DNA from: an uncultured Chthonomonadaceae bacterium
GTDB lineage: Bacteria; Armatimonadota; Chthonomonadetes; Chthonomonadales; Chthonomonadaceae
Direction: 5' to 3'
NCBI GenBank assembly: GCA_963835065.1
Contig: CAWIEK010000044.1
Span: 192,001 to 256,000, forward strand
Length of the DNA stretch: 64,000 nucleotides
The translations under genes were made by a program, and so were the position numbers. This document shows positions 20,804 through 30,685 of this stretch, one piece after another. Every line of letters begins with the position of its first letter. Within the stretch, counting starts at the first letter, position 1. The notes under the pieces were generated by a model, which saw only the letters and a list, made by a program, of their open reading frames with translations, was not told the origin of the DNA and searched no databases.

Positions 20804-21578
20804 TTCCATGATGCGGGGGAAGACGCGGCGGGCGTTGGCGGTTGTCAGCGTGGCGAGTTCGGGCAGGGTCAAGCCGCGCAGTTCGGCCAGTTTTTCCGCG
20901 ACGAGACGGGTATAGGCGGGTTCGTTGGGTTTGCCGCGATGGGGCATGGGCGCAAGGTAGGGCGCGTCGGTTTCCACAAGCAGGCTTTCTACCGGGACGC
21001 GCTGCGCAGCCTGCCGCGTCGTTTCGGCGTTTTTGAACGTCAGCGTACCGCCAAAGCCGAGCGCAAGTCCGAGCGCGACGGTCTTGTCCGCGTCCTCCAC
21101 GCTTCCCGCCCAGCAGTGCATTACGCCGCCGGTTTCGTCCGCGCCTTCTTCGGACAGGATTTGCAGCGTGTCGCCATACGCTTCGCGGCAGTGAATGACA
21201 ACGGGTAAGCCGACCTCCCGCGCGATTTTCATTTGGGCGCGAAACGCCTGTTCCTGCGCGTCACGGGGCGAAAAGTCGTAGTGGTAGTCCAAGCCGATTT
21301 CGCCAATCGCCACCACATGCGGATGGTCGCTCAGTTCGCGCAATCGCGCTTCCGCTTCCCCATTCCAATCTTTGGCGTCGTGCGGATGGACGCCCACAAC
21401 GGCGAACAATACGCCCGGATACGCTTCCGACAACTGAACCGCTTGTTCGCTGCTCGGCATATCGAAGCCGACGACAATCATCTGCCGCACCTCCGCCGTT
21501 CGCGCCCTTGCAATGAACGCGGGTAAATCGTCCGCAAACTGTTTGTGGTTGAAAGTGGCAATGCGTGTCAATCAGCAT
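20801..21578 (-). CDS. tatD: TatD family DNase (frameshift near 21553)
   Basis: MLIDTHCH in one frame; GVHPH, GEIGLD and VETDAPYLAP in the next. Confidence 0.92.
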
Positions 21579-21722
21579 AAATCTTTTTTCTTTCTGAATT
21601 GGAAAAGGAGGTTATAGAAGCGGTTCTGATAAATAACGAAACCGGAACTTTCCCATCTCCTTGTGAATGGAAAGGTTCCTCCTATTTTTCACAGGTTATC
21701 AACTTTTGATTCGGGAGGTATT

Positions 21723-22391
21723 ATGTTTGGAATTCGTTCATCACGCACGATTCTCGTCACTTTATCGCTTCCTATAGCGGTTTCCACTCTGCTGCTGACG
21801 CCCAACGTGGCGCGGGCGGAACAGTTTGTCCTGTTCGATGTCACCTTTACGTTTACGAAAATGGATGCGGATAATTCGACGCCGAGCAAGTCGCATTACT
21901 ATGTCAAGGGAGCGGCGATCAATGCCAAGAGGCCGAAAGACTGGACAAGCCCAATTAACTACCGCAACGGCACGGTTCATATCCGAACCGAGGTTCTGGA
22001 CCGGCCTGCCGACGGCGAACCTGTGCAATGGAGCCTGTGCTACATTCCCAATCGTGGGCAGGGCAACGGATACGGATGCACGGGAACCAATACCTACAAT
22101 GCGAAGGGCGTCTTTGATAAGGACGTTTCCATGAAGTCGTTTTGGGAGAACGACGCGATTGTCTGGACGGAAGGCATCAAGCAGATGGACCTGGTGATGA
22201 AGGACAAGGACGGCAACAAAGCCCACACCCGCGCCGATCCCGAAAAGTTCTTCCCGACCCGTGTTCGCATTATCATGGTTCAGGTTTCTGAGGGCGCAAA
22301 GTACGACCCCAATCTCGTGCCCAACATCCCCCATCCCAAACCCGCCGACAAGCCGAAAGAGGGCGCGGCTTCCACATCGGGGGCGAAATAG
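21723..22391 (+). CDS. Secreted hypothetical protein
   Basis: GGGAGG RBS, signal peptide ending ARA, open frame. Confidence 0.7.
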   Translation: MFGIRSSRTILVTLSLPIAVSTLLLTPNVARAEQFVLFDVTFTFTKMDADNSTPSKSHYYVKGAAINAKRPKDWTSPINYRNGTVHIRTEVLDRPADGEPVQWSLCYIPNRGQGNGYGCTGTNTYNAKGVFDKDVSMKSFWENDAIVWTEGIKQMDLVMKDKDGNKAHTRADPEKFFPTRVRIIMVQVSEGAKYDPNLVPNIPHPKPADKPKEGAASTSGAK

Positions 22392-22456
22392 CGCCCACAT
22401 CCTCTGCGGATAACACAATCATTGGCCGCGATGTCGCGCCGATAAGGAACAAGTCT

Positions 22457-23458
22457 ATGTTTTTCTCTTTCCATTCTCTGATATGCGGCGGCTGCAAGTT
22501 TGTTCGTACGGTTCAGCGCGAAAACCTGCTTCGCAGCGCGCGGGCCGGCCTGCTCGGTTCTGCGCTGGCGTTCCTGATGGCCGGTAGCTGCCCTGTAACA
22601 GCGGGGGCGCAACTGACGATTGATAATCCAAACGGCGTGGGAAGCACAGCCTTTGGGGGCATTGATGGCAGCCGCGTCGTCGGCGGGTATGTAGACAGCA
22701 TGATGCATGATCATGGCTTTATCTACGATGGTCACGCTTTCACGCCGCTGGACGACCCGAATGGTGTTTCAACCGATCCCTTCGCAATCTCCGGGAACAA
22801 TATCGTAGGCGAATACACCGATGGCGTGGGGCAGACTCACGGATTCTTGTATAATGGAACCGCGTTCAGCACGCTCGACGTTCCCCTGAGCCTGGAAACC
22901 GTCGCGTACGGCATTTCGGGCGGCAATATCGTCGGCGAATATCTGGATAGTTCCTTTCATGTTCTGGGTTTTCTGTACGACGGCCACACCTTCACGACGC
23001 TGAACGGCCCGGTGGGCGCGACGCAAACGGTGGCCTACGGCATTGCGGGCAACATGATCGTCGGAACCTACGCGGACGCCACAGGCACGGATCACGGCTT
23101 TCTGTATGACGGCGCGACTTATACGACGTTCACTGATCCCAATGCGGGAACCGGTTTTGACGTCGGCACGTATGCCAGCGCAATTCAGGGCAATACAATC
23201 TTAGGCTCCTATACGGACGCGAGCCACACCAATCACGGCTTCCTGTATGATGGCGCGAACTTTACCGCGATAGACAACCCGCTTGCCGGGCCGGGAGGGA
23301 CATTCGCGTTCGGCCTTTCCGACGGCAGGATTTCGGGCACTTACTACGACGCGCAGGGCAATACGCATGGCTACGTCGTTCCCGAACCCGGCTGTATTGC
23401 TCTGCTCGGCGGATTTGCCCTGTCGCTGCTTCCCCTCGTCCGCCGCCGACACAAGTAA
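22457..23458 (+). CDS. PEP-CTERM surface protein with HGFLYDG beta-propeller-like repeats
   Basis: About six repeats of GISG.NIVG.Y.D....HGFLYDG; C-terminal VPEP-TM-RRRHK. Confidence 0.9.
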   Translation: MFFSFHSLICGGCKFVRTVQRENLLRSARAGLLGSALAFLMAGSCPVTAGAQLTIDNPNGVGSTAFGGIDGSRVVGGYVDSMMHDHGFIYDGHAFTPLDDPNGVSTDPFAISGNNIVGEYTDGVGQTHGFLYNGTAFSTLDVPLSLETVAYGISGGNIVGEYLDSSFHVLGFLYDGHTFTTLNGPVGATQTVAYGIAGNMIVGTYADATGTDHGFLYDGATYTTFTDPNAGTGFDVGTYASAIQGNTILGSYTDASHTNHGFLYDGANFTAIDNPLAGPGGTFAFGLSDGRISGTYYDAQGNTHGYVVPEPGCIALLGGFALSLLPLVRRRHK

Positions 23459-23483
23459 CATGCGTATGCGGATGGTCTTACTT

Positions 23484-24422
23484 TTATCTGGTGTCTCCAT
23501 CAGGACAGCGGCCTCCTTTAGGGTGGCGCAGGGTCAGGTAGAGGTCATTATGGGCAATGTCGAAGATGATATTGAACCGCATTAGGATTTCGCTGCCGAT
23601 GATGCTCATTTTCTGTGTGCCAATGGCGCCCGCAAAGAAGCCTACCGGCACATCCGAGATGTTAGAACTGCCAAGCGCAAATAGGGGCAGCAAGCCTTTT
23701 TTCACTTTGATCGTGTGTCCAAACGAGTCCTTCAAGCTGGATTCGGCGGTGATCTTGATTTTCCCGTCTATGCCGGATTGCGCTGCGAAGGCATCGTCTA
23801 AAAGGAGGCCCCCGGAATAGCCGGAATGAAGGAGAAACTTGCGCGTATAGGTTTTCCCTTCCATCAGGCAACTGCCCTCAACCAGAAGCTGTCCGTTTTG
23901 GTTTTCAATTTTGAGGCGCTCGTACTTTTCCACTTTGCGAGGGAGGTTTTCATGAAGCACGATGCGGCGATGATCGAAATCTATTTCCACAATCCGCTTC
24001 TGAAAGAAATTAAGGCCAAACTTACCGTCGGTGTTGTTACCGGAGAGTTTGTCCTCCCAAATGTCCATGTTACCGCGCTGTAGAGGACCAAGCTGAACCC
24101 GGTTCCCTTTGCTGAAGCGCGAGTCTGTGTTGCCTCCCCAGGCCTTCACCTTATTCCTGCCGGTAAATTTGACGCTCTTTGATTTTCGCGCCGCGTCCTC
24201 AGTTAAGGTCACATCGCTGGCTGCCGTATGCAGCATAAGATGCAATGTGTCCTTGTTGTTGAGTACGGCGCTTACGACGATGTTGTTAGAAGCGGTAAGC
24301 GTAAAAGGGATGGTGACCTCACCCTGCTCCTCTTGTGAGGCGCGAAGAGTTTGATTCGTGAAGGCGGTTAACACCAGGCCGGCTAACGCGACAACGGCGA
24401 TCCATTGGTATAATCGCTGCAT
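23484..24422 (-). CDS. Secreted two-lobed retropepsin/aspartyl-protease-like protein (Asp replaced by His)
   Basis: LMLHTAA...DGKFGLNF and FLLHSGY...SIIGSEIL lobes. Confidence 0.75.
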   Translation of the reverse strand: MQRLYQWIAVVALAGLVLTAFTNQTLRASQEEQGEVTIPFTLTASNNIVVSAVLNNKDTLHLMLHTAASDVTLTEDAARKSKSVKFTGRNKVKAWGGNTDSRFSKGNRVQLGPLQRGNMDIWEDKLSGNNTDGKFGLNFFQKRIVEIDFDHRRIVLHENLPRKVEKYERLKIENQNGQLLVEGSCLMEGKTYTRKFLLHSGYSGGLLLDDAFAAQSGIDGKIKITAESSLKDSFGHTIKVKKGLLPLFALGSSNISDVPVGFFAGAIGTQKMSIIGSEILMRFNIIFDIAHNDLYLTLRHPKGGRCPDGDTR

Positions 24423-24451
24423 GAAAGTTTTCCTTTGGAATTATTCAGCGC

Positions 24452-25009
24452 TCATTCGATCCCTAATGGGGGAGTATGAAAATACGCCGTCGTTTCCTCC
24501 TGTGCTTTGCCGTCCGATAGTTTCGTCAGGCCGGCGTGGAAAGCGGCGACCAGCAGGCTGCCCGCCATTATCAGACCCCGCCGAAAGGCGGCCTTCGGAG
24601 TTCGGAGTTCGGCATCGGGGAGGTGCTGCTCCACCTACGCCACATCGAACACCTGATGGTAGATGCGGTTGCGCGCGGTGAGCAAGCCCGACGCCACCTT
24701 GCATACCCCCGACATCTTCAAGATGGCCGCACAGTGGATTGGTTTCGTCGTCCCGAACGCGCCTGCCCCGCCGCATCTGCCGGTACAGGTCCAGCAAAGC
24801 GGTAAGATCGGCTTCGCTCTTGAGCAGGCGGTTGCGCACAAAAGCCAGGTTGTCGTCGCTCTCCTTCGCGCTGTGCGACAAAAACAGGTCATGGCATAGC
24901 CGGTCTACATCTCGATTTTCGATTTTCGATTTTCGATTTTCGACTCGGCAATGGCGCGGCAAAGGCGCTGCGTCAGGTACGGATGCCCGCCCGTCCAGTA
25001 CATAATTCG
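24452..25009 (-). pseudogene. Fragment of an AAA-like (AAA_35-type) ATPase gene
   Basis: [45 protein letters not shown]; frameshifts and a TAG at the expected Trp. Confidence 0.7.
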
Positions 25010-25093
25010 CTTGAGGGTTGAGAGGGAGGATAGTGATGAGTGATGAGTGATGAGTGTGCATCCAATTCATCCTTCATCCTTCCGCCTTCATCC

Positions 25094-25200
25094 TTAGCCG
25101 CAACGGGCCGTGTCAGGGCGGAAATCAGCGACTCGGCTTCCTGCGCCGAGATTTTGCCGTCTTGCAGCAGTTGCAGCACTCGCATTACGTTATCGTCCAT
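25094..25200 (-). pseudogene. 5' fragment of a SHOCT-like-domain gene
   Basis: MDDNVMRVLQLLQDGKISAQEAESLISAL runs into heptamer repeats. Confidence 0.6.
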
Positions 25201-25383
25201 GGGTTCGAGTCCTCTGTGTGAAAATTGAAACGATTCGAACGTATACGACGAATCCGCCATGGGGTTCAAAACTCCTGTGTATTCTTTAGCCGGTCGGCCC
25301 TTGACTGCCCACCGAGCCGCGAATGTAAGGTCAGGGACGCGGGCAAAGTCCTGGCTCCCACCAAATACTTTACAGACAACCAC

Positions 25384-25413
25384 TTGACACAACCGGACAG
25401 GGGATTGTACGAT
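25384..25413 (+). promoter_or_regulatory. Sigma70-type promoter upstream of the nucleotidyltransferase operon
   Basis: TTGACA-18 bp-TACGAT. Confidence 0.5.
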
Positions 25414-25565
25414 AAACATATTATGGGTGGGCATCATCCCTCCAATGCCGCATATCTCTTAGAACTCAGGCGGGACGCGGGGCTGCTTTCCCCGGAAAAG
25501 CCTCTTGTGCTGAACAAAGCCTCTTGATAGAAGCAGACGCCATGCAAAGTCAGCAAGGAACAACC

Positions 25566-25796
25566 ATGAACGAAGCCGCGCAGGAAGTCGAAGCAGAAGA
25601 ACCGGAAGATCATCTCGGTATGACGCCGGAGCAGTGGGCGCAGTTCAAAGCGTTCACCAGCGGGTTCGGCGACCAGGATGAAAACGGAATTGACCTTTCC
25701 CTGTTACGTGAAAACCTGAAATTAACGCCTACGGAGCGAATTGAAAGAATGAGACGCGCGATGCCGTTGATTATGGAGATGCGCCGTGCCCGATAA
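25566..25796 (+). CDS. Small protein partnered with a nucleotidyltransferase
   Basis: DENGIDLSLLRENLKLTPTERI motif; overlaps the next gene. Confidence 0.7.
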   Translation: MNEAAQEVEAEEPEDHLGMTPEQWAQFKAFTSGFGDQDENGIDLSLLRENLKLTPTERIERMRRAMPLIMEMRRAR

Positions 25797-26298
25797 TCCA
25801 CCTGATTTCCGCCCGGTTCTCGAAACGCTGATTGCCAATAATGTTCGCTTTGTTGTCATCGGCGGTTTGGCAATGGCGGCGCTTGGCAGCGCCTACGTCA
25901 CATTCGACATTGATGTTGGCTATGCGCGTGACAGGCAGAACATTACCGCGATGCGAGTAGCATTGTCGGGTTTGAACCCGCGCTTGCGAGGATTTCCCGA
26001 AGGGCTTCCTTTTGTATGGGATGATCAGACACTGCGAGGCGCGGCCAATATGACGCTCGAAACCAGCGTCAGCCCGGTTGATATATTGAGCAATATACCC
26101 GGCATAGACTCGTTTGAGGGTTTGTGGGAGCGAAGCGTTATACGGCCTCTTTACGGATTGGCAGTTCACGTCGCTTCCATAGAAGACTTAATTTCCATGA
26201 AGCGCGCCGCCAACCGCCCCAAAGACCAGAACCACATTCTGGAGTTGCTGGCGTTGAAGAAGTTGCTTGCGGCGGAAAACAACGAGAGAAATTTGTAA
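25786..26298 (+). CDS. Nucleotidyltransferase (DUF6036-like)
   Basis: FVVIGGLA...TFDIDV and LISMKRAANRPKD. Confidence 0.85.
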   Translation: MPDNPPDFRPVLETLIANNVRFVVIGGLAMAALGSAYVTFDIDVGYARDRQNITAMRVALSGLNPRLRGFPEGLPFVWDDQTLRGAANMTLETSVSPVDILSNIPGIDSFEGLWERSVIRPLYGLAVHVASIEDLISMKRAANRPKDQNHILELLALKKLLAAENNERNL

Positions 26299-26978
26299 TG
26301 AGAACAATGCCTTTTGTTGCTTTACCTATTCGAGCCGTTCTGTGGAGCGGGGCGGTTTTATACGGAATAGTATGTGGCGGGATAGCCGCTTCGGCTGCTT
26401 CGCCACAACAAAAACAGGCTGTTGCCAATTCAGACCTTTTAACCGGCGCGATTTTGGACAGAAGCGCAACAGTTCAGCAAGCCTTGGTTCGTGGAGCCGA
26501 TCCTAATCAATATGACGCTCATGGCAATACTCCGCTGGGTTATGCAGCCGAGGGAACAAATACCCATATTGTGAAAATGCTGCTTGCGCATGGCGCTGAT
26601 CCTACATTACGCCAGTATGCCGGTGTCACTCCCCTTATTGAAGCCGCCAATCACCCTTATCGCAACGCTTCCGACACGAAAAACGCTTTGAGCATTATTC
26701 GACTTTTACTGTCATACGACGCACAGGTGAATGCCCAGGATAATCGGGGCATGACAGCGTTGATTGATGCATCGTACCAGGGCAATGCTGCCGCCGTTCG
26801 ACTTTTGTTACAGAATGGGGCGAAGGCTTCCCTTCAGAACAACCGGGGAAATACAGCGTTGAAAATGGCGCAAGAACGTTTGAAGAGAGAGCAAAGCAAT
26901 GCAAAGCGGCAACAACTTCAGGCCGTTGTTAAATTTCTCAGGCACAGTTTCAGCAGGAAAGAACTTGACGCGCAGTGA
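26298..26978 (+). CDS. Secreted ankyrin repeat protein
   Basis: GNTPL, GVTPL, GMTAL and GNTAL repeats; signal peptide; TAATG coupling. Confidence 0.92.
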   Translation: MRTMPFVALPIRAVLWSGAVLYGIVCGGIAASAASPQQKQAVANSDLLTGAILDRSATVQQALVRGADPNQYDAHGNTPLGYAAEGTNTHIVKMLLAHGADPTLRQYAGVTPLIEAANHPYRNASDTKNALSIIRLLLSYDAQVNAQDNRGMTALIDASYQGNAAAVRLLLQNGAKASLQNNRGNTALKMAQERLKREQSNAKRQQLQAVVKFLRHSFSRKELDAQ

Positions 26979-27056
26979 AATTTCAAGCCATGTCCAATCA
27001 GCGCCTCGGTAATTTGCTGCAAGTTCCACCAGGGGATATGGAACCTCTGGTACGTC

Positions 27057-27392
27057 GTGTTCTGGATAGGATCGAACGCCATTCATGATGTTTCCGGTTT
27101 GCCGCAAATGCCTATCGTTTACACGAACGATCCACTGCGTTTTGGCGGGTACATGCCGGAGCGAGCAGAGTACCAACGACAGTTTGCGCTTTCCCGTTCC
27201 GGGCCGTATCCTGAGTTGACATTGACGCATGAAATCGGTCATTTGCTGGACCATGCTCTGGGCGATTTTCATACTGAGCGGACGCCATCCCAGCACTGCT
27301 GCAGAAACATTGGAGTTGATGCGCGACGCAGGGTTGCTTTCACCGGAAAAGTCTCTCGTCTTGAACAAAGCATCCTGACTTTATTGCCGTAG
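27057..27392 (+). pseudogene. Fragment of an HEXXH metallopeptidase-like gene
   Basis: LTHEIGHLLDH; no convincing start, degenerate ends. Confidence 0.45.
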
Positions 27393-27410
27393 AGCGTTGT
27401 CAGTCACCTG

Positions 27411-27484
27411 AAACATCAGAACCCTATAGGAACTTATTGGCGTTGAAGAAGTTGTTGGCGGCGGAGTATAACGATCCGGTCTAA
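27411..27484 (+). repeat. Diverged copy of the nucleotidyltransferase 3' end
   Basis: KHQNPI..LLALKKLLAAEYNDPV* versus KDQNHILELLALKKLLAAENNERNL* (26221-26298). Confidence 0.85.
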
Positions 27485-27507
27485 AGCCGGTAAGTAGAGC
27501 GAACCCA

Positions 27508-28089
27508 ATGAAAGTTGTCTTGCACCTCCTTAAAAGGCCGTTTGTTTACCTGTTCGCTTTCGTCATGGCAACGTTAGATGCTATGCAGAAGGAGCAAAAG
27601 TATTCCTTCATTATTGATGGGCTTGACATAGACATCCGCTTTTTCAGCATGGCTGATGTACCAGTGCTGATGTTCTGTGATAAAAATAGACCACTTCCCA
27701 ATTTCCTTGTGGGCTGCGAGATTGATAAAGATGCGATGAGATCGCTTTTGGACACCTGCTGGAAGCAATATCGTGAGGAACAATTAGACAATGAGGAACA
27801 TAACTATTCGTGTACGGTAAAACCTGATTTCCTCAGAACCTTTCGCTATATTGTACATCAGGAGCGTTTAGAGCAGGAAGAAGTTCAACGAATACAACAG
27901 GAAGCCAGAAACCGCGCCGAGGAGGTGAGGAAATGGCTGGATGCTGGCGCGGATATTAATGCGACGGTACAACAGGTGAACGACAGGCGTTTTAATTGTC
28001 AGGTTGGCTGTACCGCGTTGAAGTTGGCGCAACTCTACCACGAACAATGGATTGTCCGTCTGCTCGTTATTAGAGGATCGAAGCATTAG
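27508..28089 (+). CDS. Hypothetical protein with a degenerate C-terminal ankyrin repeat
   Basis: WLDAGADINA...GCTALKLA...IVRLL; more AT-rich than its flanks. Confidence 0.6.
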   Translation: MKVVLHLLKRPFVYLFAFVMATLDAMQKEQKYSFIIDGLDIDIRFFSMADVPVLMFCDKNRPLPNFLVGCEIDKDAMRSLLDTCWKQYREEQLDNEEHNYSCTVKPDFLRTFRYIVHQERLEQEEVQRIQQEARNRAEEVRKWLDAGADINATVQQVNDRRFNCQVGCTALKLAQLYHEQWIVRLLVIRGSKH

Positions 28090-28114
28090 CATCTGTGGCA
28101 GGTTCAAGAGTAGG

Positions 28115-28153
28115 CTCGTGCAATTCTCCTAATTCGCGCAGTTGCGGCCAGAT
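28115..28153 (-). repeat. Diverged copy of the MFS transporter 3' end
   Basis: IWPQLRELGELHE versus VWPQLRELGELHE (28282-28320), with mostly synonymous differences. Confidence 0.85.
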
Positions 28154-28157
28154 GTGG

Positions 28158-28235
28158 CGGCAAGAACTTCAGGCTGTTGTCAAAGTTCTCAGGCAGGCTG
28201 AAGACAAAAACAGCCTTAAAAGTCAAAACAGATAG
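28158..28235 (+). repeat. Diverged copy of the ankyrin gene 3' end
   Basis: RQELQAVVKVLRQ...* versus RQQLQAVVKFLRH (26907-26945). Confidence 0.85.
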
Positions 28236-28263
28236 AACGGCAGAAATATAATCCGCTGCAAAT

Positions 28264-29538
28264 TTACCCTTCGGCAACGGTTTCGTGTAGTTCGCCGAGT
28301 TCGCGGAGTTGCGGCCAGACGCAGGCGACACCCAGGACGACGAGCAGCGTGCCGATGCCGCCGCTGACAACCGCGAAGACCGGACCGAGCCAACCCGCTA
28401 CCGTGCCCGACTCGAATGCGCCCAATTCATTGGAAGTGCTGACGAAAATGCTGTTTACGGCGGAAACGCGCCCGCGCATTTCGTCCGGGGCGCGTAATAA
28501 GAGCAGGGCGCTGCGCACGACCACGCTGATGTTGTCCAATGCCCCAAGTACGAACAGCATTATAAGCGACAGCCAGAACCAATGCGACACGCCGAACACG
28601 ATTGTCGCGATACCGAAGCCCGCCACCGCCCACAAGAACGCTTTGCCCGCCCGCTTGAATGGCGGGCGGTGCGCCACAAACAAGGCCATGCTGACCGCGC
28701 CGATAGACGGCATCGCCCGCAGCCAGCCCAATCCCGTCGGCCCGACATGCAGAATGTCTTTGGCATACACAGGCAGCAGCGCCGTCGCGCCGCCGAACAA
28801 AACCGCGAACAAGTCCAGCGTAATCGCCGCCATCAGAACGGGAGTGCGGCGCAAAAACTCGATGCCTGCCACGAGGGATTGCAGCGAGGGCGTTTCTCGC
28901 TTCTGCGCTTCCTGCCGCGCCACGCCGGGATTGCCCCGAATGGACGCGACCAAAACGGCATACGTCAATGCGCCCATCATCGCGGCCATATACGCGGGCG
29001 TGGCGCTATTCGTCAGGGCGATTGTCAGGCCACCCAATGCGGGGCCGATGGCCGACGCAAGCTGCCAGGCGTTGCTGCCCCACGTTACGGCATTCGTGAA
29101 CACTTCTCCGGGCACGACCTGGGGCATCAGCGTGGACGACGCGGGACCGGAAAACGCCCGCGCCACGCCGATAAAGAACAGGCATACGTACAGCCAGCCT
29201 ACGGGCGCGTTCTGCCGCGATACCAGCGCCATGCCGCCAAAGCATAGCGCCAGCACGAAGCGCATCCCAACGGCGATGTTCTTGCGATTGCCCCGATCCG
29301 CCACATAGCCGCCCGGCAGCGACAGCAGTATCACGGGCAGCACTTCCACCAACCCCACCAGCCCAAGCGAAAACGGCGTATGCGTCCGCTCGTAAAGCTG
29401 CCAGCCCACCGCCACGCTCGCCATCTGGTCGCCCAATGTGGACAGAAAACTGCTCGCCAACAGCCGCCGGAAATCCGGGAATTGCAGCGCGGCATACGGG
29501 TCGTGCCGAACCGGGCCGGCTTCCTCGCTTTGCGTCAT
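28264..29538 (-). CDS. MFS transporter (EntS/DUF894-like)
   Basis: GGYVADRGNRK motif A, LDLFAVLFGG, PDEMRGRV. Confidence 0.92.
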   Translation of the reverse strand: MTQSEEAGPVRHDPYAALQFPDFRRLLASSFLSTLGDQMASVAVGWQLYERTHTPFSLGLVGLVEVLPVILLSLPGGYVADRGNRKNIAVGMRFVLALCFGGMALVSRQNAPVGWLYVCLFFIGVARAFSGPASSTLMPQVVPGEVFTNAVTWGSNAWQLASAIGPALGGLTIALTNSATPAYMAAMMGALTYAVLVASIRGNPGVARQEAQKRETPSLQSLVAGIEFLRRTPVLMAAITLDLFAVLFGGATALLPVYAKDILHVGPTGLGWLRAMPSIGAVSMALFVAHRPPFKRAGKAFLWAVAGFGIATIVFGVSHWFWLSLIMLFVLGALDNISVVVRSALLLLRAPDEMRGRVSAVNSIFVSTSNELGAFESGTVAGWLGPVFAVVSGGIGTLLVVLGVACVWPQLRELGELHETVAEG

Positions 29539-29551
29539 TCAAGTTCCTTGA

Positions 29552-29640
29552 AGGCATCAGGCATCAGGCATTAGGCATTAGGCCAATGCACAAGTTGAAC
29601 AAGGCTTTTCCTAATGCCTAATGCCTGATGCCTGATGCCT
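29552..29640. repeat. Inverted heptamer arrays (AGGCATY)n...(RATGCCT)n
   Basis: Directly visible between the ABC binding-protein gene and the MFS gene. Confidence 0.85.
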
Positions 29641-30653
29641 CACAGAGTTTCCCCGCCCTTATCCACAGTGTCTTTCGTGTACAATTTGGTTCCGAGCGTG
29701 ATCTTCTTTTCGACGGGTTCTTTATGCAGAATTTTCAGGGCGGTTTCTATGGCTTCCGGGCCGCCGGTGGGGTACTGGAACGTGGCGGCCAAGATGCCGT
29801 CTTTCACGTAGCGCTGGCCTTCGTTGGGCAGGCCGTCAATGCCGACGAACTTGATGGTTTTTTCCCGGCCTTTGCCTTCCTGTCTGGCCGCCATATACGC
29901 GCCGTGCGCGCTGGGGTCGTTGGCTCCGTACACGGCGTCAATATCGGGGTGCGTAGACAGGGCGGAAGTCATTTCGCGCTGCGCGTTGGGTTCCATCCAC
30001 TGGCAGTCGGCGTCGAAAACGATTTTGATTTCCGTGCCCTTGATGCCTTCCATAAAGCCGTTGTGCCGGTCATGCGAGGGGATAGTGGTTTCCAGCCCCT
30101 TCAACTCCACGACATTGCCCTTGCCGCCAAGCGCTTTCGCCATGAACTTGCCCGCCTCGCGCCCGATTTTCACATTGTCGCTGCCGATGAAGCATGTGTA
30201 CTTGTCGCCCTCGACAGCGCGATCCAGCACGATGACGGGAATACCCGCGTCCATCGCTTCTTCAACCGGGCGCGTCAGGGGGCGCGACTCTTTGGGGCTG
30301 ATGATAATCAAGTCCACTTTCTGCTGCACGAATTCGCGCAGTTGTGCCTGCTGCGTTTCGCTCTTGTTCTGCGCGTCACGCTCGATCAGTTTTATTTCCG
30401 GGTGCTTGCCTGCCGCTTCTTCAATCTCTTTGTTCATCTGCACACGCCAGGGTTCGCCCAGATTGCACTGCGACATGCCGATAGTGTAAGTTTGCCCGGC
30501 AGAAGTGGAGGCGCTCGTTCCCGCCCCTTTGGTTCCACTGTCCGCGCTCCCGGCAGAACCCCCGGAACCGCCGCTTTGATTGTTGTTACATCCGGCGAAC
30601 GCCAGGCAGGTAAATGCCAGCGCCAGCGGTTTAATATTGGTTTTCAGTTTCAT
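29640..30653 (-). CDS. Sugar ABC transporter substrate-binding lipoprotein (RbsB-like)
   Basis: Lipobox FAGC, IPVIVLDR, IGSDN and VGIDG. Confidence 0.92.
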   Translation of the reverse strand: MKLKTNIKPLALAFTCLAFAGCNNNQSGGSGGSAGSADSGTKGAGTSASTSAGQTYTIGMSQCNLGEPWRVQMNKEIEEAAGKHPEIKLIERDAQNKSETQQAQLREFVQQKVDLIIISPKESRPLTRPVEEAMDAGIPVIVLDRAVEGDKYTCFIGSDNVKIGREAGKFMAKALGGKGNVVELKGLETTIPSHDRHNGFMEGIKGTEIKIVFDADCQWMEPNAQREMTSALSTHPDIDAVYGANDPSAHGAYMAARQEGKGREKTIKFVGIDGLPNEGQRYVKDGILAATFQYPTGGPEAIETALKILHKEPVEKKITLGTKLYTKDTVDKGGETL

Positions 30654-30685
30654 GCGTGTCGAACTCCTTTGGTAAACGACATTAT

